Shown: positions 43,720 through 53,536 of the stretch, piece after piece
Numbering within the stretch: the first letter of the stretch is position 1
Layout of the letters: each line of letters begins with the position of its first letter
Assembly (NCBI GenBank): GCA_910577955.1
Contig: CAJTNC010000016.1
Location: forward strand, 6,995 to 70,994
Length of the DNA: 64,000 nucleotides
Origin: an uncultured Lachnospiraceae bacterium
GTDB taxonomy: Bacteria > Bacillota > Clostridia > Lachnospirales > Lachnospiraceae
Direction: 5' to 3'
Translations under genes and position numbers: made by a program
The notes under the pieces: model-generated
Seen by the model: the letters and a program-made list of their open reading frames with translations, nothing else
Told to the model about the DNA's origin: nothing
Databases searched by the model: none

Positions 43720-44637
43720 GTGATTTCAATTATTATACCTGCATATAACGAAAAAGAGAATATAGAGAGAACGGCAAAAATCGTTTCGGGCATTTTGGAG
43801 GAGGAAAAGATTCCTTTTGAACTGTTGTTTGTGGACGACGGTTCCGCAGACGGCACATACGGGGAGGTCTGCCGGCTGTCAGATTCGGATCACAGAATAC
43901 GGGGAGCGGAGTTTTCCAGAAATTTCGGAAAAGAGGCGGCTATTTTCGCGGGACTGGAACTTGCGGAGGGGGACGCTTGTATTGTCATGGACTGTGATCT
44001 GCAGCATCCGCCGCAGGTGATCCCGGAGATGTACAGGCTGTGGGAGCAGGGATATGAGGTCGTGGAAGGAGTCAAGAAGAGCCGCGGCAGGGAGAGTATT
44101 TTTTACAAAATGTCTGCCGGAGCATTCTACGGGATCATGAGCAAACTGATGAAGATGGATCTGCGTTCTTCCTCGGATTTTAAACTTCTCGACAGGAAAG
44201 TGGTTAATGTCCTGTTGGGACTCGGCGAGCGCAATACGTTTTTCAGAGCGTTGTCTTTTTGGGCCGGTTTTCGGTCTGTGAAGGTGGAATATGAGGTGCA
44301 GGAGAGGGCTTACGGCAGCAGTAAATGGTCTTTTCGAAGTCTGCTCAAATATGCGGTCTCCAATGTGACTTCTTTTAGTACGGTGCCGCTGCAGCTTGTG
44401 ACGTTTATGGGGGTGGTTTCGATCCTGTTCAGCATTGTTCTCGGGGGGCAGACGCTTATTAAATACTTGATGGGAACGGCGGTAGAAGGGTTTACGACAG
44501 TGATTCTGCTGCTTCTCATCATCGGCGGATTTATTATGATGAGTCTGGGTATGATCGGGCATTATCTGGCGCGGATCTATGATGAAGTGAAGGGACGGCC
44601 CCGCTATATCATCCGCAGCAAGACGGACAGGAAGTGA
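43720..44637 (+). CDS. GT2 polyprenyl-phosphate glycosyltransferase (GtrB/ArnC-like)
   Basis: 'ISIIIPAYNEKENI', 'FVDDGSADGT', 'FGKEAAIFAGL', 'DCDLQHPP', and two C-terminal TM helices. Confidence 0.85.
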   Translation: MISIIIPAYNEKENIERTAKIVSGILEEEKIPFELLFVDDGSADGTYGEVCRLSDSDHRIRGAEFSRNFGKEAAIFAGLELAEGDACIVMDCDLQHPPQVIPEMYRLWEQGYEVVEGVKKSRGRESIFYKMSAGAFYGIMSKLMKMDLRSSSDFKLLDRKVVNVLLGLGERNTFFRALSFWAGFRSVKVEYEVQERAYGSSKWSFRSLLKYAVSNVTSFSTVPLQLVTFMGVVSILFSIVLGGQTLIKYLMGTAVEGFTTVILLLLIIGGFIMMSLGMIGHYLARIYDEVKGRPRYIIRSKTDRK

Positions 44638-44654
44638 AGGATAGTGGAAAGGAC

Positions 44655-45800
44655 ATGATTGTTGAGATGGGAAGACAAGGGCAGCAGAAAAAGAGGATGG
44701 CAAATATAGAAGCGCTGCGTTTGGTTGCGATGATGATGGTGGTGTCCCTTCATTATCTGGGAAAGGGCGGACTTTTGGGCAGACTGGACGGTCCCCTTTC
44801 GGTGAAGGATCATGCGGCATGGCTGCTTGAGAGTTTTTCCATTGTTGCAGTGAATGTCTACGTGCTGATCAGCGGTTACTTTCTGGTGGAGACAAAATTT
44901 CGAATAAAGCGTGTGATCACGCTGGTGCTGCAGATATTATTTTACAGTTGTCTGCTGCCGGTCATGCTGATCCTTACAGGGCAGTTATCTTTTGGGGAGC
45001 TGACACTCTATGATATCTGGCAGTGTATTTTTCCGGTGCAGATGAAACAATACTGGTTTATGTCGGCGTATGTGCTGTTGTTTTTGTTTATGCCCCTTTT
45101 GAACGCGGCGGTGCATGCCGTGAAGAAGGAGCAGCTTCAAGCGGTCATCGCCCTGCTGCTGTGCGTGGAATCCTTTGGCAAGACAGTGATTCCGGCGAGG
45201 CTTGCGCTGGACAGTGAGGGATACGATGCCCTCTGGTTTATGACGGTGTATCTGATCGCCGCGTATATCCGGCTTTACGGGATTCCGTTTCTGGAGAAAA
45301 GAAACAGGGCGGCAGCCTGTTATGTGCTGTCCTGTCTCGGAATATACGGCCTTGTTATGCTCATTCGCGGTCTGTTTCTTGTGACGGGACGGTTTGAAGA
45401 CTTTATGACGTCGCCTGTCGCATATAATCATCTGTTGACGATCTGGGCGGCAGTGACGCTGTTTTATGCATTCCGGAATTGGGAGTTTGGAAAAAAGGAG
45501 TCCGGACTTTCAGCTTTTGTCTGCAGGATTACGCCCTATAGTCTCGGTGTGTATCTGCTCCACGAGCAGCTTTATGTCCGCTATGAGTGGCCTATTTGGC
45601 TGGGAGCAAAGCAGTGTAGTTCCGTGGGATCGCTGCTGTGGCACTGGGCTTTGGCAATTTTAGTCGTGATGGCCAGCGGGCTTACTGTGGATTTTTTCCG
45701 GAGTATTTTGTTTCGAGGGGCGGGGAGGCTGTTTGCAGGCGGCAGGCTGGAGAGTGCGCTGCAGAGGCTGGATGCGCGGATAAACGGTGAAAAAGTATGA
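44655..45800 (+). CDS. Acyltransferase family 3 membrane O-acyltransferase (OatA/OafA-like)
   Basis: 'IEALRLVAMMMVVSLHY' contains the conserved His context. About 10 TM helices. The start is ambiguous among 44634, 44655 and 44697. Confidence 0.7.
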   Translation: MIVEMGRQGQQKKRMANIEALRLVAMMMVVSLHYLGKGGLLGRLDGPLSVKDHAAWLLESFSIVAVNVYVLISGYFLVETKFRIKRVITLVLQILFYSCLLPVMLILTGQLSFGELTLYDIWQCIFPVQMKQYWFMSAYVLLFLFMPLLNAAVHAVKKEQLQAVIALLLCVESFGKTVIPARLALDSEGYDALWFMTVYLIAAYIRLYGIPFLEKRNRAAACYVLSCLGIYGLVMLIRGLFLVTGRFEDFMTSPVAYNHLLTIWAAVTLFYAFRNWEFGKKESGLSAFVCRITPYSLGVYLLHEQLYVRYEWPIWLGAKQCSSVGSLLWHWALAILVVMASGLTVDFFRSILFRGAGRLFAGGRLESALQRLDARINGEKV

Positions 45801-47641
45801 GTGACAGGCATCTGAAAACAGAAAAAATTTTATATTTCATTTTTCCGGCAGTGCTGGCGGTCTATCCGATGCGGAATATCTGGCTCGGCCTGGAAATGAT
45901 GGACGGTGGGTACAGCGCCGGAAATTACCTCTTTCTGGACAGGGTAAATCCGATGTGGCTGTTTTCCACCTATCTGGCGAATGTGACGGGAAAATTTTTC
46001 ACAGGACTGCCGGGCGGGCAGACTCTGATAGGGCTGCGGTTTTACGGCGCTCTGGTGGTCAGCGTGATGGCTGTTTTGGCCTACCTGTTTTTTACAAAGG
46101 CAGTGCGGATGCAAAGCTTTCCGGTGCTGATCGGGGAGTTGCTTGCGCTCAGTCTGTGCTGGTGTCCGACGACGGTACTTTACCACTATATGACTTACTT
46201 TTTCTTTAATGTCGGGATCATGGTTTTGTATCTGGGACTGGTAAAAGAAAGGCGGCTGCTTTTGTTTTTAGCAGGCATGTTGTTGGGGATGAACGTGCTG
46301 GTACGGTTTCCGAATCTGACCGAGGCAGCGTTGATCTGTTCTCTATGGTATTATGGCTTTTTGCAGAGGAAGCGGGTCAAGGATGTACTGCAGGAGACAG
46401 GGGTCTGTCTGTTTGGCTATCTGGCGGGGATCGGGATCCTTTTAGCGTCCATTGCAGCAAAGTATGGAATACAGGAATATATCGCGGGGATCGGGCGGCT
46501 TTTGGAGATGCCTTCCGAGGCGTCGGATTACAGCGCCGTTTCCATGGTGTTTACGGTGTTGTTGGATTATAAATTCAGCGCGAAATGGCTGATCCATATG
46601 GTTCTTTTGGTGACGGCGGGATGTTTTGTCTCTGCGGTCATTTATAGGGCGGCAGATCGTTTTTATCCGACGGATAAGGGCGGGATGACACATGAGAAAG
46701 GCTCTGCGCGGTACGTAGAGCTTATCGGAATGGCCCTGTTTTTGGGATGCATTCTGGCGCTGTTTCGCTGGTGGCATGCGATCGGCGTTTTTAATGTGAA
46801 ATACTATACTTATGAGAGTATGTTCCAGTGGGTGGCGGTGTTCCTGCTTCTGACGATTTTTACGGGGATCTATGTGCTGTTTTCAAAGAAGTGCACCCGC
46901 AACGAAAAACTGCTTGCTTCCATGGTGTTGATTTTGATTGGTGTGACGCCTCTGGGCAGCAATAACCATCTGTATCCGAACATCAATAACATGTTTTTGG
47001 TCTTTCCCTTCAGCATCCTGTTTTTCCGGCGCTTTTTGAAGAATGCATGGGGGAATAGAGAGATACGGATCGGTAAAGCGGAACACAGGGTCTCCCTGTT
47101 TCCGGCGGGAGCGATGCTCGGGGCTTTTCTGGCAGCCACAGCCATGCAGTGTCTGTTGTTCGGCGCGGTCTTTACATTCAAGGACGGGATGTATGGTGAG
47201 AAAAGAGATACGAGGATAGAGAATCATGCCGTCCTGAAAGGCATTGTGACAAACGCATCTCTGGCGGAGGCCGTGGAGGGGTTGACGGAATATGTGGAGA
47301 CGGAAGGACTATCTGACAAGAGTGTCATTTTGTACGGATGGATTCCGGGGGTTTCTTATATTCTGAATATGCCTGCCGCTATTTCGACTACGTGGCCCGA
47401 TCTGGCCTCTTACAATTATGTGGTGATGGCGGAGGACATGGAGAGGCTGCGGGAGAGCGGAGAGAGGCCGCTCGTCATTCTGGGAACATGGCCGGAGCAG
47501 TGGATACGCGGGGAAGCACTGACAGAGGAAGAGATCGAGCGCTTTATGCTGAACGGGAAATGGGAGATGCTCTACGGCTACATGTTGGAGCAGGGGTATG
47601 AAAAAGTTTACGGGAATGAATTGTTTACAGTCTACCGGTGA
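45797..47641 (+). CDS. Large polytopic membrane protein with a C-terminal soluble domain (GT-C-like candidate)
   Basis: 614 aa with about 12 TM helices plus a ~150-aa C-terminal domain. ATGA overlap with the upstream acyltransferase gene. Confidence 0.6.
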   Translation: MSDRHLKTEKILYFIFPAVLAVYPMRNIWLGLEMMDGGYSAGNYLFLDRVNPMWLFSTYLANVTGKFFTGLPGGQTLIGLRFYGALVVSVMAVLAYLFFTKAVRMQSFPVLIGELLALSLCWCPTTVLYHYMTYFFFNVGIMVLYLGLVKERRLLLFLAGMLLGMNVLVRFPNLTEAALICSLWYYGFLQRKRVKDVLQETGVCLFGYLAGIGILLASIAAKYGIQEYIAGIGRLLEMPSEASDYSAVSMVFTVLLDYKFSAKWLIHMVLLVTAGCFVSAVIYRAADRFYPTDKGGMTHEKGSARYVELIGMALFLGCILALFRWWHAIGVFNVKYYTYESMFQWVAVFLLLTIFTGIYVLFSKKCTRNEKLLASMVLILIGVTPLGSNNHLYPNINNMFLVFPFSILFFRRFLKNAWGNREIRIGKAEHRVSLFPAGAMLGAFLAATAMQCLLFGAVFTFKDGMYGEKRDTRIENHAVLKGIVTNASLAEAVEGLTEYVETEGLSDKSVILYGWIPGVSYILNMPAAISTTWPDLASYNYVVMAEDMERLRESGERPLVILGTWPEQWIRGEALTEEEIERFMLNGKWEMLYGYMLEQGYEKVYGNELFTVYR

Positions 47642-47669
47642 TATCATTTCATAAAGAGGAGATAACATT

Positions 47670-48803
47670 ATGATCAGATTTAACGTACCTCCCTATACGG
47701 GAAAAGAGATGGACTATATCAAACAGGCTGTGGAAGCGCAGAAGATCTGCGGGGACGGTGAGTTTACAAAAAAATGCGGCGAGTGGATCGAGAAGAGGAC
47801 GGGGACGAAGAAGTGTCTGCTGACCACTTCCTGCACTCATGCAACGGAGCTGGCGGCGTTGCTTACAGATATCAAAGAAGGGGATGAGGTAATCATGCCT
47901 TCCTATACTTTTGTCTCTACGGCAGACGCCTTTGTGCTGCGGGGAGCGAAAGCAGTATTTGTAGATATCCGGCCGGATACGATGAATATCGATGAGACAA
48001 AGATCGAAGCGGCCATCACAGAGAGGACGAGAGCCATTGTACCGGTGCACTACGCCGGAGTATCCTGCGAGATGGATACGATCATGGATATTGCGAAGCG
48101 GCATAACCTGACGGTAATTGAGGATGCGGCGCAGGGAATTCTTTCAACCTATAAGGGGAAACCTCTCGGCGTGATCGGCGACTTTGGGTGTTTCAGCTTC
48201 CATGAGACAAAAAACTACAGCATGGGAGAGGGCGGCGCACTCTTGATCCAGCGGGAGAAAGATATCGAGGAGGCGGAGATCATCAGGGAGAAGGGCACCA
48301 ACAGGAGCAGGTTCTTCCGCGGCCAGATCGATAAGTACACATGGGTAAATTTCGGCTCCTCCTATCTGCCCAGCGATATGAATGCGGCTTATCTCTACGC
48401 GCAATTGGAACTGGCAGATGAGATATTCGAGGATCGCATGAACAGTTGGGAGCATTATAGGAGGGAACTTGCACCGCTTGCGGAAAAGGGTGAGATCGAA
48501 TTGCCGGTGATTCCCGAAGGATGCAGCCACAATGCCCATATGTTTTATATCAAGGCGAAAGATTTGGAAGAGCGCACGGCGCTTTTGGCGTTCCTGAAGG
48601 AAAAGGGGATTTTGTCGGTGTTCCACTATATTCCTCTGCACAGCGCCCCGGCCGGGAAAAAATTCGGGCGTTTTCATGGGGAGGATATCTACACGACAAG
48701 AGAGAGCGAGCGGTTGGCAAGGCTGCCGATGTACTACGGACTGAAATCCGAGCAGGTGGAGTATATATGCGAGCAGGTTAAAGCGTTTTACGGTATGGGA
48801 TGA
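47670..48803 (+). CDS. WecE/RffA-like dTDP-4-keto-6-deoxy-sugar 4-aminotransferase (DegT family)
   Basis: 'IRFNVPPYTGKEMDYIKQAVEAQKICGDGEFTKKCGEWIEKRTG...LLTTSCTHATELAALL' closely follows the WecE N-terminal pattern. 'SFHETKN' contains the PLP lysine. Confidence 0.85.
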   Translation: MIRFNVPPYTGKEMDYIKQAVEAQKICGDGEFTKKCGEWIEKRTGTKKCLLTTSCTHATELAALLTDIKEGDEVIMPSYTFVSTADAFVLRGAKAVFVDIRPDTMNIDETKIEAAITERTRAIVPVHYAGVSCEMDTIMDIAKRHNLTVIEDAAQGILSTYKGKPLGVIGDFGCFSFHETKNYSMGEGGALLIQREKDIEEAEIIREKGTNRSRFFRGQIDKYTWVNFGSSYLPSDMNAAYLYAQLELADEIFEDRMNSWEHYRRELAPLAEKGEIELPVIPEGCSHNAHMFYIKAKDLEERTALLAFLKEKGILSVFHYIPLHSAPAGKKFGRFHGEDIYTTRESERLARLPMYYGLKSEQVEYICEQVKAFYGMG

Positions 48804-48846
48804 GGGCGGCGAAGGAGCGGATTGAGAACCGGGCGGGGAAACAACT

Positions 48847-49404
48847 ATGTCAGAATTGCGGATACAGGGGGAGAAAATATATCTTCGTCTGATGACAATA
48901 GAAGATACGGACAGGATCGTGAAGTGGAGGAACAATCCGCGGGTGCGGGATCATTTTATTTACCGGAAGCCCTTTACAAGACAGGGGCATCTCGCGTGGG
49001 TAGAGAACAGAGTAAACACCGGCGAAGTGATCCAGTTCATCATCTGTGAAAAGGGGACGGACAGGCCTGTGGGCAGCGTTTATTTTCGGGACATAAGCAG
49101 AGAACACCATAATGCGGAGTATGGCATTTTTATCGGGGAAGACGATGCGGTGGGGCATGGGATCGGTTCGGAAGTGTGCCGGCTTGCCTGTCAGTACGGT
49201 TTCACAGAGAAAAAATGGCACAAGATCAGGCTACGGGTATTTCCCGAAAACGAAGCGGCTATGAGAAGTTATGAAAAGGCCGGATTCGAGAAAGAGGCTT
49301 TTTTAAAGGGCGAAGTATACATTGACGGCGTATACCGGGATGTGATTCTGATGGGGCTTGTGAACCCGGAGGAAAGGCAAGGGTGCTGGAATGAAAAAGG
49401 TTAG
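48847..49404 (+). CDS. GNAT-family N-acetyltransferase (PseH/WecD-like sugar N-acetyltransferase candidate)
   Basis: 'IYLRLMTIEDTDRIVKWRNNPRVRDHFIY', 'GHGIGSE' and 'NEAAMRSYEKAGF'. Confidence 0.75.
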   Translation: MSELRIQGEKIYLRLMTIEDTDRIVKWRNNPRVRDHFIYRKPFTRQGHLAWVENRVNTGEVIQFIICEKGTDRPVGSVYFRDISREHHNAEYGIFIGEDDAVGHGIGSEVCRLACQYGFTEKKWHKIRLRVFPENEAAMRSYEKAGFEKEAFLKGEVYIDGVYRDVILMGLVNPEERQGCWNEKG

Positions 49405-50326
49405 TTTTGTAATCCCATGTTACCGTTCGGCGATGACGATCGGGAAAGTGGTGGAAGAAGTTGAAAACAGTATGGCAAAGCTGTCGGACAGATACAGTTA
49501 TGAAATCATTCTGGTGAATGATTATCCGGAGGACGATACCTTTGAGACGATCAGGAGACTCGCGGAGGAAAAGGACTATATTACGGGAATCAACTTTGCC
49601 AGAAATTTTGGGCAGCATGCTGCGCTGATGGCGGGCTTCCATTATTGCGGCGGGGATATTACAGTGTGTCTGGATGATGACGGGCAGACGCCGGCGGACG
49701 AGGTGGGAAAGCTGCTCGATAAGCTGGAGGAAGACTTTGACGTGGTCTATGCGAAATACAGCCATAAGCAGCATTCGGTATTTCGCAATTTGGGCAGCAG
49801 AGTAAACGATATAATGACCAGATTTATGCTGGGGAAACCTAAGGAATTGTATATTTCCAGCTATTTTGCGGCAAAGAAGTTTGTGATTAAAGAGATGATA
49901 AAATATCAGAATCCGTATCCTTATGTGATCGGTTTGGTGCTGCGCACCACCAAAAGGATCGCTAATGTGGAAGTAAACCACAGGGAGCGGGAAATCGGAA
50001 CATCCGGCTATACGTTAGGAAAGCTATTCGGGCTGTGGTTTAATGGCTTTACGGCTTTTTCCATCAAACCGCTGCGCTTTGCTACGGCCTGCGGCGGGCT
50101 TTGCGCGCTGGCAGGGTTTTTGTATGGCATCTATACGATCATCAAGAAGTTCATCAATCCCATCGCGCCTATGGGATGGAGTTCTACCATGTCGGCGATC
50201 ATGTTTATCGGCGGCATGATGATGCTGATGTTGGGACTGATCGGGGAATACATCGGCCGGATCTACATCAGTTTGAATAATGCGCCCCAGTATGTGATAC
50301 GGGAAACCACGGGAAAAGAGTTATGA
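49391..50326 (+). CDS. GT2 polyprenyl-phosphate glycosyltransferase (ArnC/GtrB-like)
   Basis: 'VSFVIPCYRS', 'LVNDYPEDDT', 'FGQHAALMAG', 'LDDDGQTP', and two C-terminal TM helices. Confidence 0.85.
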   Translation: MKKVSFVIPCYRSAMTIGKVVEEVENSMAKLSDRYSYEIILVNDYPEDDTFETIRRLAEEKDYITGINFARNFGQHAALMAGFHYCGGDITVCLDDDGQTPADEVGKLLDKLEEDFDVVYAKYSHKQHSVFRNLGSRVNDIMTRFMLGKPKELYISSYFAAKKFVIKEMIKYQNPYPYVIGLVLRTTKRIANVEVNHREREIGTSGYTLGKLFGLWFNGFTAFSIKPLRFATACGGLCALAGFLYGIYTIIKKFINPIAPMGWSSTMSAIMFIGGMMMLMLGLIGEYIGRIYISLNNAPQYVIRETTGKEL

Positions 50327-51603
50327 GAAGAACGGTAACATGGATATTGTATATCATGATGGGCGTACAGATCCTTTTCGGTTGCGCTTATTTTGCGGGC
50401 AACCTGGGAGCGGAGCAGCAATTTTATGAAAATGCCGTCCCCTTTTTGCCGATGTGGGCAGTCTCGTTGATTCAGCTTAGCTTTGCGGCGGCCGCCACAT
50501 GGTATGTGTTGGGGAAAGTGGGATTTCAGAAAAATAAGTATCTGCGGGCGTATGTCTGCGCCTTTCTGCTGACAGTGCCTTTCTTATTGCAGATGCATGC
50601 GGCGAGACTAATATGGTCTGCGGCTTTTTCCTCCTTTTTGTGGCTGTTTGGACTGGCTTTTGAGACGATGAAAAACGGACTTTCCCGAAGCCGTGGGGCT
50701 GCGCTTTTTTGCGCCTATATTTTGTACGGTTTAGTCTGTCCGGACGGTATATGGCTCGGGGGGATTTTGCTGCTTGCTGCCTATTTCCTGAGAAGGAAAT
50801 ATGGCGTGGGCGAGGGAGTCAAAGCGCGGCAGAGTTCGGGCACTGGAAGCGTACGCTTGGTGTTGGCAGGGGTTCTTGCTGCGGGTGTGATCTTTGCGGC
50901 GAATCAGGGGCTGAACAACGCTTTTCCGCAGGCGCGCATTATCTACAGGGAGAATAATCCGAGTATGGCGTTATTGTCCCGGTTTGTATGGCCGAATTTC
51001 GGCAAGAGTTATTATTTTTGGACGGACGAGATCAAGGAGGTGCTGTCGGAAGAGACGGCGGTGGAGATCAGCAGACGGCCGGAACTTGTGGCGGAGGAAT
51101 TTTACTTCCCGCTGGAGGAGGCTTACGGGAAAAGGAAAGCGGTAAATTTATGTCTGGAGATGGGAAAGAACTGCCTGAAATATAGAACAAAAGAGATTGC
51201 GTCTGAGATGGGCAGAGATTTTGCAGATTATTTTCTGTTACCCTTTACAATAGAGAGAAACTTAAAAGGCGAGGGCGCAGCCCTGACAGCTTGGAATTAC
51301 GGACGGATGAGAGAGCATACGCCTGTTCTTGTAAAGTATTACTACCGGTACGGAACGTTTGAGCTGTCTGTGCTCCTTTTGGGGAGTTTTTTGCTCTGGG
51401 CATTCAAAGGGGTTGACCATATGAGTCAAATTTTGAAGCGGAGAACGGCAGGGCAGAATTATATCTTGTTTACGTTGGTATTATATACGTTTTGGTATAC
51501 GGCGCGCAGCAATTTTCCCATCGACTATAAGATGGCGCTGCCAATCCTGTTTATCTGGTATCTGGCGTCTGTCGCAGGACTTGTGGAAGAGGAAACAAAA
51601 TGA
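50323..51603 (+). CDS. Polytopic membrane protein, unknown
   Basis: 426 aa with TM helices at both ends around a soluble central segment. ATGA overlaps on both sides. Confidence 0.55.
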   Translation: MRRTVTWILYIMMGVQILFGCAYFAGNLGAEQQFYENAVPFLPMWAVSLIQLSFAAAATWYVLGKVGFQKNKYLRAYVCAFLLTVPFLLQMHAARLIWSAAFSSFLWLFGLAFETMKNGLSRSRGAALFCAYILYGLVCPDGIWLGGILLLAAYFLRRKYGVGEGVKARQSSGTGSVRLVLAGVLAAGVIFAANQGLNNAFPQARIIYRENNPSMALLSRFVWPNFGKSYYFWTDEIKEVLSEETAVEISRRPELVAEEFYFPLEEAYGKRKAVNLCLEMGKNCLKYRTKEIASEMGRDFADYFLLPFTIERNLKGEGAALTAWNYGRMREHTPVLVKYYYRYGTFELSVLLLGSFLLWAFKGVDHMSQILKRRTAGQNYILFTLVLYTFWYTARSNFPIDYKMALPILFIWYLASVAGLVEEETK

Positions 51604-52712
51604 TCGTAAAATTATTGATGCTTGGCATCTGGATGGTGCTTGTGCCTTGGGGAATGGGGTACTTTGCATTGAGAGTGGGAAGAAAGAATACCGTGGAGGC
51701 AGGTTATGCCTTTTGCCTTGGTTATATGCTGATGTGGGCGCTTTTTCAACTGATCGCGGTGCCCGTCATCATAAAGGAGGGGGAGTTCCCTCTGGTGGAG
51801 TTTGTCTTTGAGGCGGTCAGCCTGACGCTTGCTCTTGCAGGTCTGTTTTTGTTTGCGATGCAGCTGAAAGAAGGCCTTTGGAAAGAGTGGTGTTCCTTTG
51901 GAAAAGAAGCGTTCGGAAAAATCAAAGAAAAGGCAGTTCCGCTGTTTTTCTGGGCTGTTTTCGGCGCAGGCCTGCTTTTTCAGATGGCGCAGGCCTACCT
52001 TCTTGCCTATGCGGACGGCGACGATGCCTTTTACATTCCGATATCGCTGACGGCTTCTCAGGGAGGAAGTCTTTATACGAGTATCCCTTATACCGGAGAA
52101 GGAAGCACACTAAATCTGCGCTACGGGCTGGCGCCGTTCCCGGTCTGGGTGGGATTTATCGCATCAAAATGCCGGGTCAACGCGGCCGTGGCGGCTCACT
52201 CGCTGATGCCTCTTGTGCTGATCCCGGTGACCTACGTTTTGTATTTGGAGATCGGAAGACGCTTATGTTCGGGAGATTTTTGTACCGGAGAAAAGAAAGG
52301 GCGAATGCGGAAAGAGACGCTTTTGCCGCTGTTTATGATATTTGTGGCACTGCTGCAGATATTTGGCAACTACTCGATTTATCCGGCGTCCACGTTTCTG
52401 CTGACGAGGACCAGACAGGGGAAAGCAGCTTTAGGAAATGTGGTTTTGCCTTTCTTTATCCTGCTTCTCTATAAAATGGCGGAGGAAGTGAAGGTGCGGG
52501 GGAAGGCTCGTGCGCAGAGCGTACTGTGGCTGATGGCGGCCATGACGGCGGGATGTCTTTGCAGCACGATGTCGGGGTTTTTGTGCAGTATGTTTGTGAT
52601 GCTGACGGCATTTTTGATCTTCCTTTTGTATCGGAAACCGTTCATTTTGCTGCAGGGATTTTTGGGGTGTGTGCCGGGCATCGCTTATGCGCTGCTTTAT
52701 CTGAAACTGTAG
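51600..52712 (+). CDS. Polytopic membrane protein, unknown
   Basis: 370 aa with 10 or more TM helices. ATGA overlap with the upstream gene. Confidence 0.55.
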   Translation: MIVKLLMLGIWMVLVPWGMGYFALRVGRKNTVEAGYAFCLGYMLMWALFQLIAVPVIIKEGEFPLVEFVFEAVSLTLALAGLFLFAMQLKEGLWKEWCSFGKEAFGKIKEKAVPLFFWAVFGAGLLFQMAQAYLLAYADGDDAFYIPISLTASQGGSLYTSIPYTGEGSTLNLRYGLAPFPVWVGFIASKCRVNAAVAAHSLMPLVLIPVTYVLYLEIGRRLCSGDFCTGEKKGRMRKETLLPLFMIFVALLQIFGNYSIYPASTFLLTRTRQGKAALGNVVLPFFILLLYKMAEEVKVRGKARAQSVLWLMAAMTAGCLCSTMSGFLCSMFVMLTAFLIFLLYRKPFILLQGFLGCVPGIAYALLYLKL

Positions 52713-52740
52713 AAAAAGAAGAAAGTGGAAAGTGAAGGCT

Positions 52741-53523
52741 ATGTGGGACGAGATACTTCTTTTGTTTAAAAACTATATTGGAAACGGCTTGGCCGCAGGA
52801 CTATTTGTCCTCTCCTTTCTTTATCTGTTGTGTGTGGAAAAAGACCGTTCAAAGAGGATCATCCTGCTGTATACTTCGGCGGTGGTGCTCGTGCTTTTTT
52901 TCTGTCCTCTGTTTGCGGCGGTGATCTTTCGTTTTCTGGATCCGGAGACCTATTACCGTATCTTATGGCTGGTGCCGATGACGGCAGTGATTGCCTATGC
53001 CGGTATCCGTTTTGTGGCGGGATGCACAAAGAAGTGGATAAAAACGGCGGCGGTATTGGCTGTGTGCGGTTTGATCGTGCTGACAGGCGACTACGTTTAT
53101 GACAACCCTTTTTTCAGCAGGGCTGAAAACCGCTTCCATGTGCCTCAGTCGGTGATCCATGTCTGCGATGCGATCGTTGTAGAGGGGCGGGAAGTGCGGG
53201 CGGCTTTCCCGGATGAGATGATTCCGTTTGTCAGACAGTACACGGGTATTGTCTGCATGCCGTACGGCAGGGACACACAGGTAGAGCGTTGGGGCAAGAC
53301 TAACGAGCTTTACGAAGCACTGAAGGAAGAAGTGTTGGACTGTGAGAAGATCGCGGCGCTGGCGATCCGGCAGGAGTGCCACTATATCATTGTAAACGCG
53401 GCAAAAAAGGGACAGGAAGATTTTGAAAAAAACGGCTACCATTTTGTGGAAACGGTAGCCGGTTATTCCATCTATTTGCAGGATGGAGTCTATTTAGGTA
53501 TTGACTTCCCGGAGGAGGAATAG
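52741..53523 (+). CDS. Membrane protein (4 TM helices) with a C-terminal soluble domain, unknown
   Basis: About 260 aa. GTG 52732 is an alternative start. It is the last gene of the plus-strand run before a convergent gene. Confidence 0.5.
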   Translation: MWDEILLLFKNYIGNGLAAGLFVLSFLYLLCVEKDRSKRIILLYTSAVVLVLFFCPLFAAVIFRFLDPETYYRILWLVPMTAVIAYAGIRFVAGCTKKWIKTAAVLAVCGLIVLTGDYVYDNPFFSRAENRFHVPQSVIHVCDAIVVEGREVRAAFPDEMIPFVRQYTGIVCMPYGRDTQVERWGKTNELYEALKEEVLDCEKIAALAIRQECHYIIVNAAKKGQEDFEKNGYHFVETVAGYSIYLQDGVYLGIDFPEEE

Positions 53524-53536
53524 GCGCCGCGGACGA

